From the IMG/VR virus record IMGVR_UViG_3300021185_000007, positions 1-34,797 of that record: DNA of 34,797 bases, one strand, 5' to 3'. The first letter of the stretch is position 1; each line of letters starts with the position of its first letter. The translations under genes were made by a program, and so were the position numbers. The notes under the pieces are model-generated. The model was not told the origin of the DNA. It did not search any database and saw nothing but the letters and a program-made list of their open reading frames with translations. Shown piece after piece: positions 1-7,883 of the stretch. The DNA is from a virus. Its lineage: Duplodnaviria; Caudoviricetes.

Positions 1-127
1 AGCGTTTAACTCTAAATTTAAAGTTCTTGTTATCTTCTGCTTGTAAGTGTTGCGTTGCTAGTTCTTTGGCTTGTTCGTATATATATTTATTGGTTTCTAA
101 TATAAATGCGGTTGCTTGTTCTAGTTG
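1..127. repeat. Terminal direct repeat (assembly overlap), copy 1
   Basis: Bases 1-127 are identical to 34671-34797. 127 nt is a common assembler k-mer. Indicates a circular or circularly permuted complete genome. Confidence 0.95.
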
Positions 128-145
128 TATTGGGTCGATCTTCAT
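1..145 (-). CDS. Hypothetical protein, 5' part of a 90-aa ORF spanning the circular junction
   Basis: ATG at 145 (MKIDPIQLEQATAF...) reads in frame through the junction to TAA at 34543. ATGA overlap with the upstream micro-ORF. Confidence 0.8.
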   Translation of the reverse strand, partial: MKIDPIQLEQATAFILETNKYIYEQAKELATQHLQAEDNKNFKFRVKR

Positions 146-228
146 TTAATACCACCGTTCATTAGAAACAATAACCATAAACAAATTAGGATTGTCATAA
201 ATACTATTTTAGTTATTAGGTTATTCAT
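142..228 (-). CDS. 28-aa single-pass membrane micro-protein
   Basis: Hand translation: MNNLITKIVFMTILICLWLLFLMNGGIK. Fills the gap exactly and overlaps both neighbours. Confidence 0.65.
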   Translation of the reverse strand: MNNLITKIVFMTILICLWLLFLMNGGIK

Positions 229-478
229 CACTTGATACCCTGTCATGTATTATATTTGGATAAATAACTAATTCATTCTCACAGCTGTCATAAGTTCCAC
301 ATTTAACCTGCTTTCCATATTTTTTAAATATTTCAATATATTCCTCATCAGCTAAATCTATTTCAAAATCAGCAGCACGTTTTAACCATTTTAATTCATT
401 CTTTGGTAAATCATTTTGCTTGATGTCGTATGATTTTGTTGTTGTTTCTGTAACAGTTATTGACCATGTATTATTCAT
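221..478 (-). CDS. Hypothetical protein (acidic, 85 aa)
   Basis: ORF track; AAGGAG RBS upstream; coupled to neighbours. Confidence 0.8.
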   Translation of the reverse strand: MNNTWSITVTETTTKSYDIKQNDLPKNELKWLKRAADFEIDLADEEYIEIFKKYGKQVKCGTYDSCENELVIYPNIIHDRVSSDE

Positions 479-719
479 TATTGTCTTGCTCCTTAACGTG
501 TTTAATTACTTCTTTATAATAAAAGGTATCGTTCTCAATCTCTTGAATGATTGCCCTGCCTACTTCTTCCCTCGTTGGTGCTTTGTTGCCTACGAATATA
601 TTAAATTCAATAGGCATAAACTCAACGGTATAGACTCTCTCAACATCTTTCACTGGCACTGTTTTAAGGTCGCGTTCAATTTCTATTAGTTCTTTTATTC
701 TATCTGCATCTTTAGACAT
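471..719 (-). CDS. Hypothetical protein (82 aa)
   Basis: ORF track; AGGAGG RBS upstream. Confidence 0.85.
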   Translation of the reverse strand: MSKDADRIKELIEIERDLKTVPVKDVERVYTVEFMPIEFNIFVGNKAPTREEVGRAIIQEIENDTFYYKEVIKHVKEQDNNE

Positions 720-723
720 TTTT

Positions 724-960
724 TTACCTCCTGGCTCTCGCCTTCTTGTTGGTGTTATCTCTCACCATTTGTATATCGGGTTGCATGTCTTCAAGTATTA
801 GTTTTCTAACTTCGCTAACTGTAAGACCTTTTAATTCCTTGGTTATTATTTGTATGTCGCTGAGTTTAGGTATCCATGTTTGATGATACTGCTTCTCATG
901 GTTGTTGATGGTGTAGCACCAGTCAATGATTAAGCCGTTGATGTTTATTGAAAAGATCAT
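724..960 (-). CDS. Hypothetical protein (78 aa)
   Basis: ORF track; ATGA overlap with the upstream micro-ORF. Confidence 0.8.
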   Translation of the reverse strand: MIFSININGLIIDWCYTINNHEKQYHQTWIPKLSDIQIITKELKGLTVSEVRKLILEDMQPDIQMVRDNTNKKARARR

Positions 961-1043
961 TTATCTTTATCCTTAATGATTAGTGCGACTCCATAAAGAC
1001 AGAAAGCCATGAACATAAGTATTAGTAATGTTTGTATGTCCAT
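957..1043 (-). CDS. 28-aa single-pass membrane micro-protein
   Basis: Hand translation: MDIQTLLILMFMAFCLYGVALIIKDKDK. AAGGAG RBS; ATGA coupling to the next gene. Confidence 0.75.
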   Translation of the reverse strand: MDIQTLLILMFMAFCLYGVALIIKDKDK

Positions 1044-1235
1044 TTAGTCTTGCTCCTTTATAATTTTGTATTCGCCCTTTTTTAAAAGATAATCTTCACA
1101 AAAGACCAAACCTTTTTCTTTATAATTAGGTTGACTAAAGGCTATATAGCCTTTGTAGGTTTTTGTTTTATCTAATGGCGGTTTAGAATAAATAGGACAT
1201 CTATAATTTTTATTTGGCTGTATTTTAATACTCAT
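1044..1235 (-). CDS. Hypothetical protein (63 aa)
   Basis: ORF track; AGGAG RBS. Confidence 0.8.
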   Translation of the reverse strand: MSIKIQPNKNYRCPIYSKPPLDKTKTYKGYIAFSQPNYKEKGLVFCEDYLLKKGEYKIIKEQD

Positions 1236-1238
1236 TAG

Positions 1239-1409
1239 TTATTTACTCCTGTTTGTTGGTTTACCATTTGGAAAGGTTAACGCGGTGCTAAACGCTTGCC
1301 AGTCCTCGGCTGTCATTATTTGCTCTACTTTGTGTATTGGCGTGTTATCTTTTAGGCCGTACTTCTTGCGAAGTTGTCCGATAATGCTTTTGTGTGATCG
1401 CGTTTTCAT
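1239..1409 (-). CDS. Hypothetical basic protein (56 aa)
   Basis: Hand translation: MKTRSHKSIIGQLRKKYGLKDNTPIHKVEQIMTAEDWQAFSTALTFPNGKPTNRSK. GAGG RBS; ATGA overlap. Confidence 0.8.
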   Translation of the reverse strand: MKTRSHKSIIGQLRKKYGLKDNTPIHKVEQIMTAEDWQAFSTALTFPNGKPTNRSK

Positions 1410-1630
1410 TGTTGCACCGCCTCTAATTTGAATAAATTAATTATCATTTCTTCTGAGTACCCAAGTTCATTTTCTAAATAGTCTTTAAATTCTTTTTCAG
1501 ACATTTTATTCACTTCGTTTTTAAAGTATTCATATAAAACACTCATTATAAATTTATAATCATTAAAACTATCTTCTACTTGTTCTTGAATGAAAGTGTC
1601 TTTTGCTTTGTTTAATATTGAATTACTCAT
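1406..1630 (-). CDS. Hypothetical acidic helical protein (74 aa)
   Basis: ORF track; TAATG coupling; GAGG RBS. Confidence 0.8.
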   Translation of the reverse strand: MSNSILNKAKDTFIQEQVEDSFNDYKFIMSVLYEYFKNEVNKMSEKEFKDYLENELGYSEEMIINLFKLEAVQQ

Positions 1631-2079
1631 TACGCCACCTCACAATCTAAACACATCTGGCAAACGTCCCAAGATGTAGAACTATAAGGAACGGGAATAG
1701 AAGCACCGTCAAACCAGTCCATATAATGATAGTCAATAACATCAACTTCTAATGTATCGCCTATGGTATATATTCTGAACTCGTCAGAAGGTCCGCCCCA
1801 TGAAAGCTGTAATCTGTAATAGCCTGGATTTTTTTTGCCTTCTCCTTCTACATAATCCCAAGATAAAGCGGTGTTATTTATATAGTCAAAAAAATCCTCG
1901 TATTCGTGGAAATAATCGCCCTTATGTTTATCAATAACTTTTAAAGCTATTTGTTCTCCCTCGGTTGCGTTGTCATACTCGTTAAAGAAATTACTTGCTT
2001 CTTGGTATGTTTGCTCTGTTTGGTTAAATTTATCTTTTACCAGTTCTGAACATGTTGGTTGTGTTGCTGTGTTTGTCAT
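1630..2079 (-). CDS. Hypothetical acidic protein with YxRLQLSWGGPSDE motif (149 aa)
   Basis: ORF track; AGGAGG RBS; 28 D/E versus 9 K/R by hand count. Confidence 0.85.
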   Translation of the reverse strand: MTNTATQPTCSELVKDKFNQTEQTYQEASNFFNEYDNATEGEQIALKVIDKHKGDYFHEYEDFFDYINNTALSWDYVEGEGKKNPGYYRLQLSWGGPSDEFRIYTIGDTLEVDVIDYHYMDWFDGASIPVPYSSTSWDVCQMCLDCEVA

Positions 2080-2111
2080 GTTTACCTCCTAAAGTATTTG
2101 TTATGACTCTC

Positions 2112-2151
2112 ACCCAAAAAGCCCACATAAAGCGGGCTTGTTTGGTTGGGT
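2112..2151 (-). terminator. Stem-loop with U-tract (intrinsic terminator or RNase III site)
   Basis: Minus strand reads AAGCCCGC-TTTAT-GTGGGCTT-TTT, extendable by CCAAA/TTTGG; lies just after the stop at 2157. Confidence 0.65.
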
Positions 2152-2156
2152 TGGGG

Positions 2157-2336
2157 TTAGCTAATCATAGACATCGGCACCCTGAATAAAGTATTTGTTT
2201 TATGATCTACGAATAAAACAAAGTTATTACTCATTAATAAATATTTTCCCATTCGATTTAAAACTTTTGCTTCTTTTCCAAATGCACTAACAGTATCTTT
2301 TGTGTATTCATTTTGTCTGATTTTGTATCCTTTCAT
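2157..2336 (-). CDS. Hypothetical protein (59 aa), first gene of the leftward operon
   Basis: ORF track gives 2157..2369; start moved to ATG 2336 because AGGAGG lies at 2347-2352. Confidence 0.7.
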   Translation of the reverse strand: MKGYKIRQNEYTKDTVSAFGKEAKVLNRMGKYLLMSNNFVLFVDHKTNTLFRVPMSMIS

Positions 2337-2373
2337 TCTGTCATTACCTCCTAAAGTATTCGTTGACATACGT

Positions 2374-2406
2374 ATTATTGCTAAATTCTACTTATATATC
2401 AAGTAG
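2374..2406 (-). promoter_or_regulatory. Sigma70-like leftward (early) promoter with overlapping palindrome
   Basis: TTGATA (2402-2397)-N17-AATAAT (2379-2374); inverted repeat CTACTT-N7-AAGTAG at 2388-2406. Confidence 0.55.
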
Positions 2407-2482
2407 TTAGACAAAAAAACTTAGGGTTTTTATGAGGAATGTTGTATTATAGGGGTCTAAGGAGCATAAAAAAATTTCAAAT

Positions 2483-3007
2483 ATGGAGCAAAAAATAGCA
2501 AAAAAAGATAATAATTTGCCAGTCAAGAAGGGTAGACGCATTATTTCTTTCAGTTCTGAGGAGTTAGAAAAGTTAAAACATTTTGCTGGTCTTGGTTTAA
2601 ATCAATCGGAATTAGCTTCAGTTATGGGCATCTCAGAAAGCACTCTAAGAAGGCGTAAGAAAGATTCTGAACTTTTTGAAAGGTATATGAGGGAAGGACA
2701 AACGAAGGCCGTCACGGACGTAGCAAACGCCTTGTACGTCAATGCGACCACCGAGAACAATATTCAAGCCCAGATATTCTTTTTAAAAAATAGAGCTGAT
2801 CATATTTACAAGGATAGACAAGAAACAGTCCACGCTACTATAAATCTAAATGATGTTTTAACTGGCGCAAAAGATAGACTTGGCGACCAGGTGGCGACTA
2901 TTAATAAACCTAAAGTTATAAACGCTGTTAAATCAACGTCTACAGCTTCGGAACAACTGGTAAATAACCAAGAAGATATAAAGAACAATGATAAAAAGGG
3001 TGATTAG
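2483..3007 (+). CDS. terS: Terminase small subunit (N-terminal HTH)
   Basis: HTH (GLNQSELASVMGISESTLRRR), VANALY...A...N..AQIFFLKNR motif, upstream of terL. Confidence 0.85.
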   Translation: MEQKIAKKDNNLPVKKGRRIISFSSEELEKLKHFAGLGLNQSELASVMGISESTLRRRKKDSELFERYMREGQTKAVTDVANALYVNATTENNIQAQIFFLKNRADHIYKDRQETVHATINLNDVLTGAKDRLGDQVATINKPKVINAVKSTSTASEQLVNNQEDIKNNDKKGD

Positions 3008-3170
3008 CTAATTCACATAAAAGGCATTACCGCTAATAGCAAGGGTTCGCCCATGATTTGACTGCTCATGCTCCGAGCATAAATAATCATACCCCCCCTT
3101 GCATTTTTTCGCACGGGTATATTACGTGTAACTGTTGCGCTAATTTTTTTTAATTTTTTTTGAGTAGAAT

Positions 3171-3260
3171 ATGAAAGAGGTAATAAAAGAAATAATAGAA
3201 ATCACCACCATAGCTGGACTTGGTAATTTTCTACTATTCATCATTTTGGTAAATATATGA
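3171..3260 (+). CDS. 29-aa hydrophobic micro-ORF coupled to terL
   Basis: MKEVIKEIIEITTIAGLGNFLLFIILVNI; ATGA overlap with the terL start; weak RBS. Confidence 0.5.
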   Translation: MKEVIKEIIEITTIAGLGNFLLFIILVNI

Positions 3261-4789
3261 AATACGGTGCTGAAGCTGAACAACAACTAATGACCGAAGT
3301 TTGGTCACCTCAAGTTGCTGATGATCCATACAACTTTGTGATGTTTATCTTCCCCTGGGGACAGAAGGACACCCCCCTCGAAGATTTTACAGGCCCAAGA
3401 GAGTGGCAGAAAAAAATTTTAAAAGATTTATCAATTCACATACAACGAAATAAAGGCGAAGTAACACCAGAAATGTTTAGACTTGCTGTTGCTTCTGGTC
3501 GTGGAATAGGAAAGTCCGCCCTTGTCGCATGGTTAATACTATGGATGCTATCAACCAGACTAGGCTCAACCATCATCGTCACCGCTAACACCGAACAACA
3601 GCTTCGTTCAAGAACATGGGCTGAATTAGGTAAGTGGCTAACACTAGCAATTAACAATCATTGGTTCTCTAAAACTGCTACCACCATAAAACCAGATGGT
3701 TGGTTTGAAGAAGCACTTAAAAGAGATTTAAAAATAGACACGGGCTACTACTACGCCCAAGCACAGTTATGGAGCGAGGAAAACCCAGATGCGTTTGCAG
3801 GTATCCATTCATCTTACGGAGTATGTTTGATAATGGATGAAGCATCGGGTATTCCAGCTCCTATTTACTCAGTCTCCGAAGGTTTCTTTTCCGAACCTAC
3901 AGAAAATCGTTTCTGGTTTACTTTTTCTAACCCTAGAAGAAACACAGGACCTTTCTACGAGAGTTTTACATCTAAACGTAAGTTCTGGAACCTAGAACAA
4001 ATAGACTCACGCACAGTCGAGGGTACTGACCAAAAACTTTTCCAAACTATGCTCGAGCAATACGGTGAAGACTCTACTGTTGCTAGAGTAGAAGTACGAG
4101 GCGAGTTCCCTAACGCTGATGATGATTCAGTCATACCAATGGAACTAGCAAGAAACGCTGTCGACAGAGACGTGGCACTAACAACAAAAGCACCTATTGT
4201 ATGGGGATTAGACGTTGCACGTTTTGGTGGCGATAATTCTGCACTATGTATAAGACAAGGTAATACTGTTCTTGAAATTAAGACTTTTAAATCGATGGAT
4301 TTAATGCAATTATGCGGTGCAGTTAAAAATTTATATGACGACAGCACAGTCATAGAACAACCACAAGAAATACTTATAGACGTAATTGGTCTTGGTAGTG
4401 GAGTTGTAGATAGACTAGCTGAACAAAATTTACCAGTAAGAGGAGTTAATGTTGCTGAAGCACCATCGACTAAGAAAAACTATTTAAACCTAAGAGCTGA
4501 GTTATGGTTCGCAATCAAAGATTGGTTGGTGCTGCGTAATTGCCGACTTCCTAATGATGATGAGCTTGTATCAGAATTGGCAGCACCTAGTTATAAATAT
4601 ACATCAACTGGAAAAATAAAAATAGAGTCTAAGGACGAAATGAAAAAAAGAGGTGTTAAGTCTCCAGATAAAGCTGACGCACTTGCACTAACCATGGCAA
4701 GTTCCGCTGCAAGTTTTAGTGGTGGCGAGAACTTTTTAGGGTATAATTTCAAGAAACCCTTGACATCAAGAATAATCAGAGTGGGATAA
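3257..4789 (+). CDS. terL: Terminase large subunit
   Basis: Walker A SGRGIGKS, Walker B LIMDEA, coupling motif FSNP, nuclease motifs GLDVARFGGD and SPDKADA. Confidence 0.96.
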   Translation: MKYGAEAEQQLMTEVWSPQVADDPYNFVMFIFPWGQKDTPLEDFTGPREWQKKILKDLSIHIQRNKGEVTPEMFRLAVASGRGIGKSALVAWLILWMLSTRLGSTIIVTANTEQQLRSRTWAELGKWLTLAINNHWFSKTATTIKPDGWFEEALKRDLKIDTGYYYAQAQLWSEENPDAFAGIHSSYGVCLIMDEASGIPAPIYSVSEGFFSEPTENRFWFTFSNPRRNTGPFYESFTSKRKFWNLEQIDSRTVEGTDQKLFQTMLEQYGEDSTVARVEVRGEFPNADDDSVIPMELARNAVDRDVALTTKAPIVWGLDVARFGGDNSALCIRQGNTVLEIKTFKSMDLMQLCGAVKNLYDDSTVIEQPQEILIDVIGLGSGVVDRLAEQNLPVRGVNVAEAPSTKKNYLNLRAELWFAIKDWLVLRNCRLPNDDELVSELAAPSYKYTSTGKIKIESKDEMKKRGVKSPDKADALALTMASSAASFSGGENFLGYNFKKPLTSRIIRVG

Positions 4790-5164
4790 ATGAATAACAA
4801 TGTAGAAAATTTAATGCAGCTACTAGCACAGAACAAACAAGTTCCGTTTGTTGATAGAATTTTATCGCCACAAAACTATGGAGTAATTAATAATCCAGAT
4901 AAATCGGTTAGCACTCATCTAATGTCTGCTGAGTTTGATGAAAATGGCAATGCTTATGCTTTTCCAATGATTGTAAAAATTGGAGACAAGCTACATAAGT
5001 TTGAAGATACGAGAGAGGCATTAAATTATAATAAAAAAAATGGAAATGTAATTCAGTTCAAAACAATAGAAGAAGCTGATATGTTTTCTAGGAATTATAA
5101 AACTCCAGAATTTAAAAATTATTATCAAGGCTTACAATCTCCGAAAGGTTTACTACAGGAATAA
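4790..5164 (+). CDS. Hypothetical protein between terL and portal
   Basis: ORF track; abuts both neighbours. Confidence 0.8.
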   Translation: MNNNVENLMQLLAQNKQVPFVDRILSPQNYGVINNPDKSVSTHLMSAEFDENGNAYAFPMIVKIGDKLHKFEDTREALNYNKKNGNVIQFKTIEEADMFSRNYKTPEFKNYYQGLQSPKGLLQE

Positions 5165-5167
5165 AGT

Positions 5168-7315
5168 ATGGAATACGACAAAGATCAAGCAATCGAAGAG
5201 TTACAAGTAGAAGATTCTTACAATGAAGAAGAACTACAAGGCGTACTTAAGTCCGAAATGGATGACGCTAAAGACTTCATCGACCAAATAGACCAGGACA
5301 GAGCTGACGCTACTGATTATTACCTTGGTAATTCTCCAACAGCTCAAAGTTCTATGCAATCAGAATTTGTATCAACCGATGTTAGAGACAGCGTGTTATT
5401 CATGTTGCCTTCCATCATGCGTACATTTTTTGGTACAACCAAAATAGTAGAGTTTATACCTCACGGCCCAGAGGACATACAACTTGCCAAACAACAAACA
5501 GATTACATTAACTATGTCATCCAACAAAAAAATCCAGGCTTCAAAGTTTTATACGATGCGTTCAAAGATGCACTCATCAGAAAAACTGGTTTTGTAAAAG
5601 CCTACTGGGATGACAGCATTACTGCATCAACTCACGAATACACAGACATTTCTCCAGAGGCTTATCAAGCTCTTACCCTTGACCCTAACGTAGAAGTTAT
5701 TGAAGAAAAAATTGAAATGCAAAGCATGACAATTATGAATCCTGAAACTGGCGAAGAGATAACACAAGAAACTCCAGCTAGTTACGATGTTAAAATAAGA
5801 AGAGTTAAAGCTAAAGACCAAGTGGTTATCGAAGCAGTACCAACGGAAGAAATACTTATATCAAGACATGCAAGAGATTTAAACTCATCACCTTATGTTG
5901 CACACAGAATGGTTAAGACTGTAAGCGACTTAGTGGCTATGGGATATGACAAAGAACAAATGGAAGAGTTCGCTGGTTCTGGAAGCGCAGTCGATGAAGA
6001 CTCCTACGACTTAGAACAAGCAAGAAATCCATACGCAGATTTTACTGGTGTTGATAGAGCAGACAGTAATAGTAAAAGTGTTCTTTATATAGAACATTAT
6101 GTTTTTTATGATTTAGATGGTGATGGTATAGATGAAAGGATTAGAGTATGCACTGTAGGGAATGGATTAAATATTGTTAATTCAACACCCTGGGATGATT
6201 TACCTATTACACTCTTCTGTCCCGATCCAGAGCCACATACCTCCATTGGCTCATGCCCCGCGGACTACTTGATGCCTATTCAAGCAGCTAAATCTCAGAT
6301 AATGAGAGATACCCTTGATAGTCTAGGCCACGCCATCTTCCCGAGAATGGGTATAGTAGAAGGACAAGTTAATATTGACGATGTTCTTAATACTGACATA
6401 GGACAACCAATTAGAATGAGAGCACCAGGAATGGTTCAGCCTTTCTCTGTGCCTTTCGTTGGTAAAGAAGCCTTCCCTGTATTGTCTTACCTAGACGAAG
6501 CAAAGGAGAACCGCACAGGCGTTTCTAAGGCTTCCGCTGGACTAAACGCAGAAGCATTACAATCTACAACTTCCGCAGCTGTAACTGCTACTATGTCTGG
6601 CGCACAAGGAAGAGTAGAACTTATCTGTCGTCACTTTGCTGACGGAATGAAAGATTTATTTAAACTTGTAAACTCTCTTGTAATCAAACACCAAGAAGGT
6701 CAAGACATGATGAGATTAAACAACGAGTTCATTCCTGTTGATCCTAGATATTGGGATGCTGATAAAGACATGGTAATTAATGTTGGTATTTCCAAAAATT
6801 CTGACGAAGAAAAGTTCCAAGTCCTAACAGCACTATCACAAAAGCAAGAACAAATATTACAAACATTAGGACCTAACAATCCTTTGGTTAATTTACAGCA
6901 GTACGCAAACACTTTAACTAAAATGATTGAGATGGCTGGATTTAAAGATGCAACAACATTTATAAATACAACTGTACCGCCTATGCCTCCGCAACCACAA
7001 GAACCACCTAAACCTTCACCAGAAGAAATGTTGGCTCAAGCTGAAGCAATGAAAGCTCAGAACTTAGCACAAAAAGCTATCATTGATGCAGAGACAGATA
7101 GAATGAAAATCATTATGGATGACGACAGAAACCGTGATGAACATGAAGCTGATTTAAAACTGAAGATAGCTGAACTACAAGCTAAGTACGGTGCGCAAGT
7201 AAATGTTGCTGAAATAAATGCAATTATGGAAAGAGATAGAGAAGCGATTAGACAGGTAGCAAAAAACCAATCGCAAGGAATGTTTACCAATGGCAATAAC
7301 CAACCAATCGGATAA
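5168..7315 (+). CDS. Portal protein (P22-like, long C-terminal coiled coil)
   Basis: 715 aa after terL; DYYLG, FKDAL..KTGFVKAYWD and ENRTGVS motifs; Pro-rich linker then a helical barrel-like tail. Confidence 0.92.
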   Translation: MEYDKDQAIEELQVEDSYNEEELQGVLKSEMDDAKDFIDQIDQDRADATDYYLGNSPTAQSSMQSEFVSTDVRDSVLFMLPSIMRTFFGTTKIVEFIPHGPEDIQLAKQQTDYINYVIQQKNPGFKVLYDAFKDALIRKTGFVKAYWDDSITASTHEYTDISPEAYQALTLDPNVEVIEEKIEMQSMTIMNPETGEEITQETPASYDVKIRRVKAKDQVVIEAVPTEEILISRHARDLNSSPYVAHRMVKTVSDLVAMGYDKEQMEEFAGSGSAVDEDSYDLEQARNPYADFTGVDRADSNSKSVLYIEHYVFYDLDGDGIDERIRVCTVGNGLNIVNSTPWDDLPITLFCPDPEPHTSIGSCPADYLMPIQAAKSQIMRDTLDSLGHAIFPRMGIVEGQVNIDDVLNTDIGQPIRMRAPGMVQPFSVPFVGKEAFPVLSYLDEAKENRTGVSKASAGLNAEALQSTTSAAVTATMSGAQGRVELICRHFADGMKDLFKLVNSLVIKHQEGQDMMRLNNEFIPVDPRYWDADKDMVINVGISKNSDEEKFQVLTALSQKQEQILQTLGPNNPLVNLQQYANTLTKMIEMAGFKDATTFINTTVPPMPPQPQEPPKPSPEEMLAQAEAMKAQNLAQKAIIDAETDRMKIIMDDDRNRDEHEADLKLKIAELQAKYGAQVNVAEINAIMERDREAIRQVAKNQSQGMFTNGNNQPIG

Positions 7316-7472
7316 GATTTACGACTTAGAATTTCTTGACGGAGATTTTATCTACTGCGGTAACGATATAAAAGCTAAGAGCTTGGAAGATGCTAAAAGA
7401 GTTGCTTTGGTATTTTTACAAATACCTCACGACTCAGAACTAATATCTTCTAAAGTAACCTTAATACATTAA
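7290..7472 (+). CDS. Hypothetical protein (60 aa)
   Basis: ORF track; overlaps the portal end; AAGGA upstream. Confidence 0.65.
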   Translation: MAITNQSDKIYDLEFLDGDFIYCGNDIKAKSLEDAKRVALVFLQIPHDSELISSKVTLIH

Positions 7473-7474
7473 CT

Positions 7475-7726
7475 ATGGCAATAACATATAGAGGCGAAAG
7501 GTTCGCTGGTTATAATAAACCTAAACGTACACCAGGAAAGTCAAAAAAGTTTGCTGTCTTGGCAAAGGTTGGTGAAACCATAAAACTTATTCGCTTTGGT
7601 GATCCTAAAATGACAATTAAAAAAGATCAACCAGCAAGACGTAAATCATTTAGAGCTAGGCACAAGTGTGACACTAATCCGCCTAGTAAATTAACCGCAA
7701 GATATTGGTCTTGCAAAAAATGGTAA
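7475..7726 (+). CDS. Small basic protein, DUF6321-like
   Basis: KKFAV...IRFGDP.M.IKK...RRKSFRARHKC...ARYWSCKKW signature; family name recalled, not searched. Confidence 0.8.
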   Translation: MAITYRGERFAGYNKPKRTPGKSKKFAVLAKVGETIKLIRFGDPKMTIKKDQPARRKSFRARHKCDTNPPSKLTARYWSCKKW

Positions 7727-7736
7727 GGAGATAATT

Positions 7737-7883
7737 ATGCCAAGTAAACCTACGAACCCAAGTCTGTATTCAAGAGTGAAAGCAGAAGCTAAAAAGAAGT
7801 TTAAAGTCTATCCTAGTGCTTATGCAAATGGATGGCTTGTAAGAGAATATAAAAAAAGAGGCGGTAAATACAAAAATGCCTAA
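7737..7883 (+). CDS. Small basic protein (48 aa), DUF5872-like N-terminal half
   Basis: Hand translation: MPSKPTNPSLYSRVKAEAKKKFKVYPSAYANGWLVREYKKRGGKYKNA. AAGGAG RBS. Confidence 0.8.
   Translation: MPSKPTNPSLYSRVKAEAKKKFKVYPSAYANGWLVREYKKRGGKYKNA

Noticed and set aside
1-127. Biological terminal repeat
   Set aside because: The length equals a typical assembler k-mer and it falls mid-gene; it shows circularity, not physical ends.
420-689. Plus-strand 89-aa ORF, and likewise 34337-34546
   Set aside because: Antisense shadows of tightly coupled minus-strand genes that have good RBSs.
2363-2391. Perfect TTGACA on the plus strand as the terS promoter
   Set aside because: No acceptable -10 at 16-18 bp spacing.
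3092-3161. Homopolymer tracts as phase-variation switches
   Set aside because: C7 and T8 runs are short and non-coding; better explained as structural or bending elements.
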